Part shown: one piece after another, positions 1 to 41,745 of the stretch
Layout of the letters: every line of letters starts with the position of its first letter
Numbering within the stretch: the first letter of the stretch is position 1
Source: Malacoraja senta
Taxonomy: Eukaryota
DNA: 64,000 bases
Direction of reading: 5' to 3'
Assembly (NCBI GenBank): GCA_038087875.1
Contig: CM075989.1
Span: 15,004,001 to 15,068,000 of the forward strand
Notes under the pieces: model-generated
The model's input: only the letters and a program-made list of their open reading frames with translations
What the model was told of the DNA's origin: nothing
Database searches by the model: none
Made by a program: the position numbers and the translations under genes

Positions 1-6
1 TGTGTG

Positions 7-41
<35 letters not shown>

Positions 42-53
42 GTATATATGTAT
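1..53. repeat. (TG)/(TA)/(TATG) microsatellite
   Basis: tgtgtgtatatatata...tatgtatgtatg. Confidence 0.9.
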
Positions 54-62
54 GATCTAGAT

Positions 63-361
63 CAGGGGTGGGGAACCTTTTCATGTTGGAAGGCCGCATA
101 AAGTTAGCTGTAATCCAATAAGGCCGCATCCAAGAAACATCAATTAGATATAGGATTATTTTGTTGAATCTTCTTTTACGCTTTGGTATTTTAAATACGT
201 TCATTTTAAGATAAAAATAAAATGATAAAAGACAAACAAAAACATATTAATAAAATAAAAGGATTTGTTCTACAAAATTTGTATTCATTCAAAAGGCCAC
301 ACTTGATGGCCTAGAAGGGCGCATCTAGAGATGGCCTAGAAGGGCAGGTTCCCCACCCCTG
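63..361. mobile_element. hAT (Charlie-type) MITE
   Basis: 16-bp perfect TIR CAGGGGTGGGGAACCT/AGGTTCCCCACCCCTG; 8-bp TSD ATCTAGAT at 55-62 and 362-369. Confidence 0.9.
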
Positions 362-540
362 ATCTAGATATATGTGTATTTGTGAGTATGTGTATATACA
401 CACACACACACACAGAACTTTTTTTTTCCTCTTGTTTATTACGATGTTTACATATTCTGTTGTGCTGCTGCAAGTAAGAATTTCATTGTTCTATCTGGAA
501 CATATACAACAATAAAACACTCTTGACTTTATTAAATTAC

Positions 541-28134
<27,594 letters not shown>

Positions 28135-31100
28135 CTAAGAGAAATCAAGAGAAATGGTGCAAGGTTGGGAATGGGGATGGGGAAGGGGTGAAGGAAGAGA
28201 AAAAACAAGAAGTTAATCATCGTAAAGCAGGGAAATGTACAACTATCTCAACTTAATTACTTTTGTTAAATTCTTTGAGAAGTAGGCATCGCTGGCATTT
28301 GTTGCTGATTCTTGACCGCCCTCAAGATAATTTCAGTGCTTGTGATGAAAGGATATTCCCTGTGTGGTTGCACAGGGCCTTTCAATACTTTGACCCAGTG
28401 ATCATGAAGGAGTGACCATGTCCTTTCAAGTGACTTGCTGGGATGCCTGACTTATGTACTATTAATGGCAACATGGCTTTGGGGAATCAAGGGACAAGTT
28501 ATGTGATGCAGGATGCACAGCCTTGACCTCCTACTGTAGACACAGGATTTAAGTGGTTGCTCTAGTTTCAATTCTGGTCAATGACGACACTGAAGGATTT
28601 ACCAATAATAATGCCTTTGAAGGTGACTCTTTGGAGACATAAATTGTCTGTCACTTGTGTAGCACAATGATTACTTGCGCTCACTTGAATGGCAGCCAAA
28701 TCCTACTTCATGCAGGCATAGAACTCCTTCAACATCTGAGGAGTTGCAACTGGTACTCTGCAGAGGGTTCTCAGTCATTAGCAAACACCCCTCTTCCTGA
28801 TATGGCAGAAGAATGGTCATTTGTGAAAAATGGGGCATGGTTAGATTACGCCATTGCTTTGAAAGACTCCAGCAGCACCTTCCAGAGGCAGAGATGAACT
28901 GCACCATTAATCAGTCAACTTCTTTGGTGCTATCCATGACTCTAGTCTAGTCGAGGATTGCCCTTAAGTCCTTTAAGGTTCAGTTCTGCAAATACATGAT
29001 TTTTCCATTCAGTTAATGTTGATGTTCATGGCAGTCATCTCCCCTCTGGAATTCAGCTCTCGTATCAACCCTTCCAGAGTTCCAGAACCAACTATTCCTG
29101 ACAAAATCCTTGCTGAACACCAGTAAAGGAGTTAATTGGCAATTTAGAAATGTCACATGACAGCACTGGCGAGGAGGCTGTTGGGATTAGTAATTAAATT
29201 TGTCCTGCAGTCTGCGAATGGAACCAACCCTGATTGTACTTCACACACTGAAAAGGTGATGCAAGGCTGGTTTACTTCCCCATCAGTGAGACACATCTAG
29301 TCACGCTCAAAACTCCTGTCACCACTCTGGCCCCCACCAGGTATTGTTGTGGTTTGAAGAGTCGCATTGCAGTACGTGGAACTCACAAAGTGATCATCGT
29401 TCCAGTCAACATTCAATCACAATTCAACCATGTGCACCTCCTCCAGAGATACTGCCTTTACCCGCTGAGTTACTCTGGCAGTTTGTGTCTTTCTTTGATA
29501 AACCAGCACCTGCAGTTCCTTGTTATTCCATCTGTATCTTTGTAGTAGGATTGGGCCCTGCAATCACAACTGTTTTGTTACCACCCACCAACATCAAGGA
29601 TGTACGATGGCCACCATGCTGTGTAGCAAATGATGGACTATTGGAAAAACCAACAGAGTGCCAATGTCTGGCAGTGCAGTGTAGAGGAACATAGATTATC
29701 TGGTCCATTGGTAGGACTTACCAATGTCAAAGAATATACATCTTTTAAAAATAAGCAAAGAACGGGACTACGTCTGTGGTGAGCTTCTTGTAGTGATCCA
29801 ATCTCCAAATAATTGTTTCCTTTCTGCATTAATTAGATGGCTCATGGTATCCCTCACTGATTCTCACACTGCATTGCAAATCACCAGTGTGTACTGACTA
29901 CAGAAGGACAAGTAGTTAACTAGTGAAATCCTTCCCTTAATCCTGGTCACATTTACAATATTCTATACCCCACCTGGTCAGAAGTCAACTGGCCCCAGGG
30001 TCGTCAGGTCATCTACAGACCAAACGTGATTCTGGCACTGAACAGATATGGACAGCTCCCCCCATTTTAGGGGGTTTGCTACCTACATGCACATTGGAGT
30101 GTGGAACATTAAAACATGGATACCTGATACTTGCAGTCCTGTCACTAACCAACAGAGGACGCTAGAGCACTTTGAAAATACATGTTGTAAAGGAATAATG
30201 GAAATAAATAACATAATTGTGCCAGTAAACCTTGGATAAACAACAATTTCAATAATTTAATCATCAAATTTAATCACAAAGAAAATAACTGAGATTGTGG
30301 GAATGGTTCCTCTACAGTGATAGACCAATGGTCTCTGCAAACAAGGTGATTCCAAATTATCAGTGTGATAAGCCATGGCTTAGAACACATTTACAATTCA
30401 GTCCAACATAAAAGTCACATCTCTGCCAACATTTCCTGGCCTTGTGCTTTCTGATATTTTTGGAAGATGAACAATAGATTTGCCTGTCATCAAGTCAAAT
30501 ATTTTTCTGAGCCGTCTGAATATAAACTAATGCTTTCAGTCTGCAGGGACAAGGGTGCATAGAATAGTTTAGTTTAGTTTATTGTCACGTGTACTGAGCT
30601 ACAACGAAAAGCTCTTTGTTGCATGGTATCCAGTCAGTGGAAAGTCTACATGATTACAATCGGGCTGTCCACAATGTACAGAAACAGTTCAGAAATAGGT
30701 CATGTCCATTCAGTTCATGCTAGTGTGGGTGCTTCATTTCACCTCTTATTATCAGCACTGTCCCCACCCACTTCCTGCGCCTTCAGATGATCATCTGGCT
30801 TCCTCTTGCATGCATCAATGTGTTTGCCTTCATTGTGTCATGGTAAAGATGTTCTATGTTCTCACTACCCTCTGGTTGTTCTCATTAATCTCAGGGTAAA
30901 GTAGCTTCCTTGAAATTCCCTGTTTAAGTTATTGGTGAATACCTTCTTTTGATTGTGTCTGGTGTTGCTTTTGCTCAGAATGAAAACTCTGAATGATTCT
31001 CAGAACACTTCATAAATCTTGGAACATTGCATTCTGTCATCTCTCAGTCTTTACTTTACAAGCAGTAAAAGAGTCACCTGTTCACCCCTTTTCACGATAG

Positions 31101-32627
31101 ATATGATTCTGCATTTCTGGAATCAACCTTGTAAACATTCTTCCAGCCTTTGCGCTATCCCTAGCCTTTTTATTTCTGATATAACAACCAGAACTGCATC
31201 TGCTTCTACTTAACATCTATTGCAATCTCATTCATCCTCCAAAGCTGCATCTGCTTTCTCAGTTGGATGGAAAAGATCCCGTGGAATTATTTCAAAGAAA
31301 ACCAGAAGATTTATCGCCACTGTATTGCCTAATCAAGTCAGGCCAACATTAAACAAAAGTTTAACATAACTTCGAAGATGGACACAAAATGCTGGAGTAA
31401 CTCTGGAGAGAAGGAATGGGTGATGTTTCGGGTCTTCAGACATAACATAATTTCGTCAGTTTTCAATTCAACCACTTGTTAGATTCTGATTTTAATCATT
31501 TGATTTGTTTTGGTGGAATTTCAGATTCCTTCGCTCGATCCCTATTTTTTCCCCAAATTTTTTTACTCTTATTACCATCAACAATCATCAGACTGTGCCA
31601 AGATTCTTAATAACACTTTAGAAATTGTGTATGAAAGGTACATAGAGACATTGGTTTTAAATGAAACCATATTGTAATAATGTACCACTCATACACAACA
31701 ATCTGTTCATTAATTATTACATTCCTGGCACAACACAGTGGTGGCATATGGAAGCAAGTCACTTAAAATCATAAGCAAACAATTTGGTTCTTGGTTGCCA
31801 ATATAAACACCTCAAACTTATCTGAATAAAATGACCCTTTCTTGGTACATTTTATTTATTCCAAATTCAGTGTGGAGTTCCCACCAGTGCAGAATCTGGC
31901 AAACTCCCGACACAAACTTAGTGTTGTATTAACATGCTCACCAAACCCTATTTATGGAATATTTTCAACAGATCCTCTTGTGTATCTTCGACAATCTCAA
32001 CTCAGTAAAACAGACAAACAGCTCTAGGAAAGTCCCCTCCACCCCCGCAAACAAAAGGTATCACCTCAAAATAAAACAGGAGAAATTATCAAGGCCTGTG
32101 CTTTGATGTGACTGGATGAAAATATTATCTTACGCATTTGGTTATTCTTATTTATGCAGAATTTTACAATGGTTATTAATCTTTCAGAGACCAAATTCTA
32201 AAAACAAAACATGGGTAGTTTCAATGGATGTCCCACACACATGAATGTTTAAAAAAATAAATTAGATATATTAAAAGAGAAAACTTCAAACTTCAGAGAG
32301 ATTTAAAAATGTGAACAAAGACTATCACATAAAAAATGTGAGCAAACACTGAATTTGGAATAAAATGTGAGCAAACCTAGTTTACAACAAAATCATCTCC
32401 CATCTTCCCCCAGGAACGGTGTGTTTTTGTTTGATAATTGTACATTTGCAAACTCAAAAATAATTTTACTATAGTTTTATATATAATTATTAAAAGTAGT
32501 TGTTACAGGTTTTGTATCACTGGGAGGTAATAATCTGTGCAGAACATTGTACTACTGAATGACCCTACACCTGAAATTATATTAATAAATGGTAATTGAA
32601 TGTCTGTTGAATCACATCAATCCATTT

Positions 32628-32655
32628 ATCTATTTATTTATTTATTTATTTATTT
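32628..32655. repeat. (TATT)n microsatellite
   Basis: tatttatttatttatttatttattt. Confidence 0.85.
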
Positions 32656-33710
32656 CGAGCAGGATAAAAGAATAAAAAGTGTGAAACAGCATACAAAAAA
32701 CATGAATATTTATAAAGTGTCATAAACAATATTTATAAATAAATGAAATCATATGTGTCTGAAAAGGAGCAGGAAGAAGCCAAAGCTTATTAATTCCCAC
32801 CCCTTATTCAACTGCTTATAATTATCTTATACAAATTTAGCAGCTAATTTAGCAGCAGTTTTTCAAATAGAAATAACATTACCAAGTGCTACTAAATGCA
32901 TTTAGTGTTGATATGTACTTGATGGATGGCATCAATGTGGTGGGTTGAAGGGCATGTTTCTATACTGTAGAAATAGTTTCTCTAACTATGTGGCTACAAA
33001 AAAGCATTCATGCTAAATACTCTCATAGCAATTAATAAAGGTGACTCAATGGACAAAATTGAGCAGATTAATTTAAATCAAATAAACTAGATTTTTTTGG
33101 TAAAGATTCCCCTTTGCTCCTGTTCACTGAAAGTCCTTTACCCCCTCTAAATTCGGTTCACAGTGGCTATTCATCCAAAGTCTCCACTCTCTGTACAAAC
33201 ATTCCTTCTCAAGCTCTTGCATAATATTGGCAGTCTTTCTCCACCCAGTTTAAGATGGACTATTCTTCCTTTCCAACCTCTTCATTTCCAACGCTGGACT
33301 TCATTCCTTCACTACCGCACAAATACTGCAAGTAGTTTCCACTTCTCGTCTCTCCATTTGTGCATTTCTTGATCCATCTTAAAGCGATGAACAACCTTTG
33401 CAGCTTCAACTTTCTAGTTAACCAACATTGTTATTCTGACCTGAAAAAGGGTCTTCACCTGAAATGTCATCTATCCATGTTCTCCAGGGATGCTGCCTGA
33501 CCCGCTGAGTTACTCCAGCATATTGTGCCTTTTCCTCTTTGTTCCCACTCTGTTAAGACCCCCAACAAATGCTCCATCCCACCTCAGCCGCCACTTAATG
33601 GTTCCTCCATCATGTGCATTCATGTGGGGAAACATGCAGCAGAGTTAACCCCAATGTTCTGACTAGTACTTATACATCAACCAATGGTACTGAGATTACC
33701 TTGTCATTAT

Positions 33711-33917
33711 GTGTAGGAAGGAACTGCAGATGCTGGTTTAAATCGAAGGTAGACACAAAATGCTAGAGAAACTCAGCGGGTGCAGCAGCATCTCTGGAGA
33801 GAAGGTATGGGTGACATTTCAGGTTGAGAAGGGTCTCGACCCTAAACATCAACCATTCCTTCCCTCCAGAGATGCTGCCTGTCCGGCTGAGTTACTCCAG
33901 CATTTTGTGTCTACCTT
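33711..33917. mobile_element. Penelope-derived fold-back mini-element
   Basis: Inverted arms; TACCTTGTCATTAT repeated at both ends. Confidence 0.82.
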
Positions 33918-33991
33918 GTCATTATCAGGTTGTATTTGGGCAACATTTACTATTACATTTCCTGTATTACAATGGTTTAAAAAATATTAAT

Positions 33992-34400
33992 TCATATAGC
34001 ACGGAAACAAGTCCTTCAGCCCAACTTGCCAATGCAACTTGACCAAGATGCTCCATCTATTCTAGTCCCACCTGCCCAAGTGTGGCCCATAGCCCTCTAA
34101 ACTATTCCTATCCATGTACCTGTCTAAATGTCTTTTAAATGTTGTTCGAGCATCTGCCTCAACTAGCTCCTCTGGTAGTTTGTTCCATACACTTACTGCC
34201 CTCTGAAGGATAAAGTCATCACTCAGGTTCCTATTAAATCTTTCCACTCTCACCTTAAACCTATTTCCCTGGTTTTTGATTCCCTTTTTCTAGGTAAATG
34301 ATCTGTGCATTCACCCTATTTATTCCCCTCTTATACATCTTGTATAAGGTCACCCCTCATCCTCCTACTCTCCAAGGATTAAAGTCCCAGTTTGCCCTAT
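33992..34400 (-). mobile_element. CR1 LINE 3' fragment
   Basis: QRAVSVWNKLPEELVEA..FKRHLDRYMDR..LEGYGP. Confidence 0.8.
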
Positions 34401-35384
34401 TACTCAGCCCTTCCAATGAAACATCCTCATATTCATTAACTGTAAAATGTTTTTGGATACTCTGAAACAAATCTGCCATTGAGAAATGATTTTAAATGAA
34501 GATCTTGGTTCTAAATATGTCTTCTATCCTCTTGGTATACAGCACTGTCTTGGTCAGAATTCTACTGCGAAATAATCCATATGCATATATGTTATTCTTC
34601 CAAGAATTGCTTTGCAGACAGCAGGAAGCAGAATTATTTTCATTTGCAACAGGGAGAGGTTGCACTGAGAAGAGGGACTTGGCTGCTGCTAGGAATGAAT
34701 CTGTTAAAAAAAGACTCGGGTTTAAAAAAAAACTCTCCAGTTCACACACCATCAATCTAAAAGTCTGACATTGAATATTATGAAAACATGCAGGTTTGCA
34801 TTAACATAGAACGTCATCACACCTCAGAAACATTTCATTATGGTTTCAGTGCAGAGACAAAGCCTTGGGAAGAGATGAATCGATTCCAGAGAAATTAACT
34901 CCATTTAGGTGCACTGATTGTTATTGAAGGCGAACACGGAAGCTTCCAACCCGCAGCAAGCAACGAGGTTGTCAATACTGATCAGGATTTGTTCCAGATG
35001 TAATTCCGTAAATTAGTTTTGGGGTTGCCTTCATTGTGGTGTAATATTGGACCTGACATGAATCAGGAAATTACAGGAGCCAATGGGATAATCAGGATTT
35101 TAATTTATAATTGAATTGGATATGTGACATTAGCAGTAATTGGGGCCACAAATTCATAACTTAGATGCAAGATGGCTTTCTGGATCGATATATTGAAGAA
35201 CCAAATAGGGAAAAAGTTACTTTAGTTCTCATATTGTGCAAAGAGCAGGGGAAAGGGAAATAATCGATCAAGGGGAAGGGACCTTCAGGGCAGAGGGACC
35301 AGTAATTTGATAGAATTTTATGCTGGGATCTTAAATCAAAAAGGAAATAATTATCTCCGGTGAAAACAGATTGAAATTTGTTTT

Positions 35385-35930
35385 GGTTGGTTGGTTGATT
35401 TATTTATTGTCACATCTACCGAGATACAGTGAAAAGCTTCGTTTGCAATCTATCCCGTCAAATCATACCATGAGTACAAGTACATCACAGGATGCAAAGA
35501 GAAAAATACTAGAGGGTAAAATACAGTACTGCAGCATTATACTGGTCCAGTTACAGAGTTACAGCATTAGTTACAGAGAAAATGCAAATTAAAAAAGTGC
35601 AAGGTCCACAATGTGGTAGGTTGGAAGATCGGGACTATATCTAAGCTTATCAGAGGATCGTTCATAAGTCATACAGCGCGGAAGAAGCAGTTCCCAAATT
35701 TGGTTGTAAGTTCTTTTTGTATCTTCTGCCCAATGGTCCTTGATCATGTTGGCTGTTTTGCCGAGGCAGCATAAAGTGTAGAATGGAGTCGAGGGAGGAA
35801 GCTCATTTGTGTGATGGACTGGACTACATAGATAACTTTCTGCAATTCTTACTATCTTGGGCAGAACTGTTACCACACCAAGCTTTGATGCATCTTGATA
35901 GGATCATTTCTACTGTGCATCTGTAGAAAG
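35385..35930 (-). mobile_element. Degenerate Rex1/Babar-type LINE 3' fragment
   Basis: TTTATTGTCAC tail on + strand; remnant translation CLGKTANMIKDH. Confidence 0.55.
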
Positions 35931-36499
35931 TTGACAAGCAATGGCAAGCATTTAAAGAAATAAAGTATAATTTGCAGAAAATTGTATTCCCCTCCATCTG
36001 CACAAAGTCACAAAAAGAGGAGTGCTGGGTCCTTGGATAATAGGAGAACTTAACGATAATATAAAATCAATGGAAGAGGCTTGTAAAGCTGCCACAAATG
36101 TTAGACGTGGACTTGAGAGCATTTTAGAACTAAAAAAACTAGGAATTGATGAAGATGTTTTCATTGGATGTTTTCAGGAGAGGGTTAGATATAGCTCTGA
36201 GGGCTAACGGAATCAAGGGATATGGGGAGAAAGCAGGAACGTGGTACTGATTCTGGATGATCAGCCAAGATCGAAGGGCCAAATGGCCTACTCCTGCACC
36301 TATTTTCCATGTTTCTAAGAAAAGCAAAAATGGGTAAACAGGCAAGAAATATGAAAATTGAACTACAGTTGGTATTTTTTTTAAAAGAGACAGCTAACTA
36401 GGGCAAATGTGAATGTCTTGCAAACAGAAATGGAAGAATTTAAAATGGGGAATGAGGACTATTTAACTAAATGGTTTGTGTTGGTCTTTATAAAGAGGT

Positions 36500-37080
36500 T
36501 CCTGACTGAACGGGAAAGTGAATAGTTTTTGAAGTGACGCAATGCTTCTACTGGGCTCCCTATGCATGTCCTTGATGTTCTCAATATCATCCTGAATGCT
36601 CCTTCTCCATCATGAGTAGCCATGGGACAGAGATTCCCAAGGGTTCGTGAAAATGGCTTTGAACACATTGCTGTCCATCTGGTAATCTCTTCCCGTGATA
36701 GAGCTCAGAGCTCAGCATCTGTTTTGGGAATCTGGTGTCAGGCATGCCAACAACGTGGCCTTCTCGATGGATTGGCGGATAGGACTGAGTGCTGTTCGGA
36801 CCTCGTTGCTGCGAATGTTGGCCTGGGAAGAGGATGCTGATGGCGGTTCACTTATCCTTTCAGCAGATTTGGAGGAATTTGCAGGGGCAGCTTGATTGAT
36901 AACTTTGCAGTGTCTGGAGATGTCTGCTATATGCAATCCAGGACTCAGCATCATGTTGGAGGATGGCAATCATTGCTGCCTAATAGACTATGAGCTTTGT
37001 GTCATGCTTATGATCTTGATCTTCAAATGGTATTTTCCTCAATCGACTAAAGTCTGATCTGGATCTTACTGTACATAGCA
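36500..37080 (-). mobile_element. RTE-clade LINE remnant
   Basis: Degenerate similarity to the RTE ORF C-terminal region (QANI.S..., GH..RMPDS); flanked by CR1 pieces at ~35940-36480. Confidence 0.5.
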
Positions 37081-39309
37081 TGATGGTAAAGCTGGAAGTG
37101 ATTTGTGTGATTGCTCATGGGATGTGGGCATCATGACAAGGCCAACATTTAATACCCATCCTTAACTACCATTGAGGAGGAGCAGTGACCCACTGCTTAA
37201 AAATAGTACCGGGTTGTGTTGCTATCGGTCTCTGTGCATTTCGGCAAGTTATTTTTTTGAGTATGGACAAGGCAATGTGTAAGGAAGAATAAACATTTTG
37301 TAAGGAATGGTATGCGGCTTTCAGGTGGTGGTGTTACCGTACACCAGATGGCCTCGAGGGCTGCTGTCAAAAGCTTTCCATCAACAGTTGTGGCATTAAA
37401 TGTTTTATGCGGTGGATTGGCCGCCAACAGAATGGGGTTTTTTTTGTCCAGATGTTGTTGAGCTCAACTATGACTGGATCCGTCCTCAGCCAAGCAAATG
37501 GAGAACACACCAACTACCCACTGACTTACCACGTCCATTTTATATTCTACCTTTGTCAAGGCACCATGCCATCCAAAAATCTTAGAAGGTTGTTCATCGG
37601 AACCAGGCCAAGTACATTACGGTTACTTGTGGTTTGTTTCAGAGGCCTTTAATGGAGCCAGTAAAATTACTTTCAAAATCTCCTTAACAGGTCCGTGATA
37701 GGGTAATACAAAATGCTAAATTTATTGAAATTATCATCTATTTCTGAACATGGATTGCAAAGAAATAACATCAGCTCTATGCGTCTATTAATTTTAGATT
37801 AGCTGGTTGAAGCTAGCATTAACTATTTTAATGGGATCACAAGGCAGGAGAGTGAGATTCTGCACTGGCTCCATCCTGCTATGAATTGAATATAGCAAAT
37901 CACAAGTCCCAGTCTTATTTATTCCACCGGGTGGAATCCAGAAAAGATACAGACTTCTCAAACGTAGGGGACAAACAATTCATTGAGGCTGCACGCCAAG
38001 AACTGCACTCGTTAGCAACACATACAAGATTCGCAGCACAACTCCTTTTGAGAGAACTGCAGATACCCATGAACATGGAAATCTTCCTGGCTGCACAAGA
38101 GAACAGAGTCCCCCCACCAACCCCCCCCCCCGCCTCCCCGCCTCCCCTCCCTCCCTCACAAACAAGCTCGCAAAAGCTGCATGCCATTCAATAAATACAA
38201 GGTAAGCAATTAGGCGGTAAAAAAATTAAATGGGAGATATTGGGACAAAAAAAGAACCTATCTACAGGGAAGTGCCAATTTCAATGGTGGGGTGGTGTTT
38301 TCTCTTCCCTCAGCTCCCCATTTCACTTTTTACTGGATTCTCCATTGGCCTACTGCACTAATTGAGCATCAGGATGATCGAGAGGTAAATTTGATCTACG
38401 TTCAGATTACCTTCAGATCCTAGACTGTAATGTCCACCATTGAAACAACAATTTGAACAGGTCAGTCCTTCAACAAAACAGAAAAATTCCAAGTGCCAAT
38501 GTCCAAAGCTGAAAGGTACAATATTTTTAAAGACTCACATACTTCAGTTTAACTGCGGCAGCCAACTCTTGTATATAATTTCATTTCGGCATAAAGGGTG
38601 CATTGTCTTCCTGACATAGTTTGGCACACACCTCACCACAAAGCGTTGGCAGTTTTGTAACTCATTATATCCTGAGAAATCTTATTGTGGAAAAATGATG
38701 TACAGGTCCTCTCTGCTTCTAAGTAAAGCGATTTGCACTCTTCCAAATCACTTTAGTCAATTTAGTACATTTGAGGTGTAGTCATTGGATAATGCAGGAA
38801 AGACAATGTGCACAAAAACTAACAACTTGACCATGGCTGGATCATCTACAGCAATGTTACTGGATGCTAAGCATTGCCAGGAAGCCTCCTGCTCTACTCT
38901 GATATAGTGCTGTGCCTCCTTTTACCTCCGTTAGAAAGGGTAAATGGTTTGATGCCTTTGTTACAATCCACTATAAAATCCTAGTGAAAATAATGAACAG
39001 CCACCCCATGAACTGGCTTCGATAAATCAAATTTGACAATAAATAACCCTAGAAAAACATCTGCTATTCTGGTAACCATCATGTTATCCAAGATGCTCTT
39101 TCAAAGAAGCAACGTGGAAATCTTTCCTCCCTGACAAGGTTGCCCGAGTTCACCATTTGCCCACATACAGAATCCCAAGAGTCCACCATCAGGATTCAGA
39201 TCATTCTCCGCCATAAAGGAGGTAGAAGAATGGAAACCGTGTGTTAGCTGTTCCAGACAGGCTGCCAGCACTCATTGGAATTGGAGTAGATGATTTAGTC
39301 CCATGTACC

Positions 39310-39682
39310 TGTTCAAGATTGATTACAGGTGGTTTACAAAATAGTGAAGGGCACAGATAAGGTGATTAGCTGCAATCTTTTTTCCAGGGTAAGAGTGTCT
39401 CAAACGAGAAGGCATAGTTTTAAGGTGAGAGGGGAAAAAATTTAAAAGGGACTCGATAGGTAATTTTTTCCACACAGAGGATGGTGGGTATATTGAATGA
39501 ATTGCCAAAGTAAGTGATAGCGGTGGGTACAAACATAACATTTAACAGACACTTAGACAGGTCCATGGATAGGAAATGTTTGCAGGGATGTGATCCAGGT
39601 TCATGCAAGTGAGTAGGCAATTTGGTTATCATGGAAAAGACGGGCCGAAGGGCCTATTTCTGTGCTATATAGTTCTATGACT
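39310..39682 (+). mobile_element. CR1 LINE 3' fragment
   Basis: TTTTTCCACACAGAGGATGGTGGGTATATTGAATG...GGGCCGAAGGGCCTATTTC. Confidence 0.75.
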
Positions 39683-40879
39683 AAAAGACCACTAGTATGT
39701 TCATTCCTTGCAGCCACATTTGCCTCATTATCCCAAATAGCTTTCTTTAAAAATCTAAAACCACAGATTTAATATTAACAACTGACCTCACAAAGACTGA
39801 CACTTGTGGAAAACCTCAAAATGTCTATCTGGAAATATTTCCTAATTTCATTCCTGAGAGCCTATTCATTTTTACGCTAATTGCACTACTCCTGGAATCC
39901 CCAAAAATGAAATGGTTTAACTCTCAATCCAATCAGCTACCCTTCAAACAATCAATTAAAACAACTCTTAAACTTCTCATTTCTTGGGAATATAACCCTA
40001 ATCTCTCCTCATACTTTTATACGGGACAACTTTATCCAGGAATCACGTAGTTACATTTTGTAGCACCTCCTCCAAAATTGATACATCCTTTCTAAGAAGG
40101 GATATCAAGGAGTGGTATCACTTTTCCAACAGCGATCTAAATGTGGCTTTCTGTAGTAACAACCAAACTGCTACTATAACTAATTTGGTATTCTTCCTCT
40201 GCCCCATCTATTTCATTCCTTACCCACAGCTGAACTTTTGGTGCCACGCTCAAATTTCAACCCGGTTCAAATGGAGGGACCGTGCACTGTGACAGCAGAT
40301 CGAGTGATGCAATGTTGGCAAGTGGGCAGTGTAGAACAAATCCTGCCCACAAAACAGCTGTAATTTGTTTGACCACTGACTCCCACACAAATAGTTTGGC
40401 ACTGAATGACTTTGATTTAGTTTGGTTCCGAGAAATAGCATGGAAACAGGTCCTTCGGCCCACAGAGTCCATGCTGACCACACACCACAGGCAATTTAAA
40501 GAAACCGATTAACTTACAAAGCCACTTGGTTTTGGCATGTGGGGGGAAACGGGAGGTCCTGGAAAACCCCCACATTGGAGTGTAGTCAGTTTATCACAAG
40601 CAAAAGGTGACCAGCAAGGTTGAGTTTATTTTCAAACCCAGAATTTGGTGGAATTTACATGCTAAAATCCTCGCACGAGAACAAATATTTCCTTTTCATC
40701 AATTGCTGTGTCTTCCTTGCAATGCGTTCTTCAAGAGCTGTGGCTTCTCCCGACAAAGCAGACAGACTCTTGACTGCATCTCACCTGTTTCAAGCACCTC
40801 TACTCTTACTCTGTCCAGGAGAAGAAGAGATGAGAGTAGAGTTTCCTGGTCCCCACTTTCCACTCCACCAGCTTTTGCA

Positions 40880-41745
40880 TTCAAAGGATCATCCTCCAGT
40901 TTCCACCAGCAATGTTCCCCCACCAGGATCATATTCCTCTCTTCTTTGATTATTTCATTCCATTCGCAACTACTTCGTCCACTCTCCTGTTCCACCCAAC
41001 AATCACTGTCCTTTCACACTATCTTTCCAGCTGAAGCAGTGATTCGCTTGAACATCTTCCAGTCTGGTGCTTGCATTTGGTTTTCACAATTTGGTATCCT
41101 CTACACGAGAGGAACCAAACATAGATTAGACGATGGCTTTGTGCAACAACTCTCAGTCAGTCCACAGGAGTGACCAACCTCCAGGTCGGTTACCTATTCC
41201 TCTAAATCAACAGCCCACTCTGTCTGTGGCCTCATGCACTGCTACAACAGGGCTCAATGCAAGTTTAAGGAAGAACACCTCATCCTAATCTGACCCTGTA
41301 AAACCCAATACTGAATTCTCCAACTTTAGATAACTTGCTTGGTGTTTCTGTAGTAACAACCAAACTGCTACTATAACTAATTTGGTATTCTTCCTCCATT
41401 TTTACCTACCATCATAATTGGCCCAGCTTTATCCTTTTGTTCCCCATACATAGTCTGTCCCGCTGGACATGACTCGGTAACAATACACCACACACAAAGC
41501 AGCTGGATTTGATGTTAGCTGCTTTGTTTGGGCATTCATTCAGCTTATCAGTGATATTCCCTTTGTTCCACCCAACAACGATTTCTCTGCAACCTGGACA
41601 AATCTGTTTCTCTTTCCCAGTTCCGCTGAAAGGTCCTGGACCCGAAACATTAACTGTTTCTTTTTCCCCAGATGCTGCCTGGCCTGCTGAATGTTTCCAG
41701 CACTTTCTATTTTGAGTCCAGATTTCCAGTTTCTGCAGTTTAAAA
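40880..41745 (+). mobile_element. Degenerate Penelope-like element 3' end
   Basis: ACIWFSQFGILYTRGTKHRLDDGFVQQL resembles GIY-YIG (YCI.C..C..LYIGETKRRL.DRF.EHL); terminus CTGAAAGGTCCTGGACCCGAAAC. Confidence 0.7.

Noticed and set aside
38535-38620. Alternative first exon ending at a GTGAGT donor
   Set aside because: All ATG-initiated frames stop before the donor.
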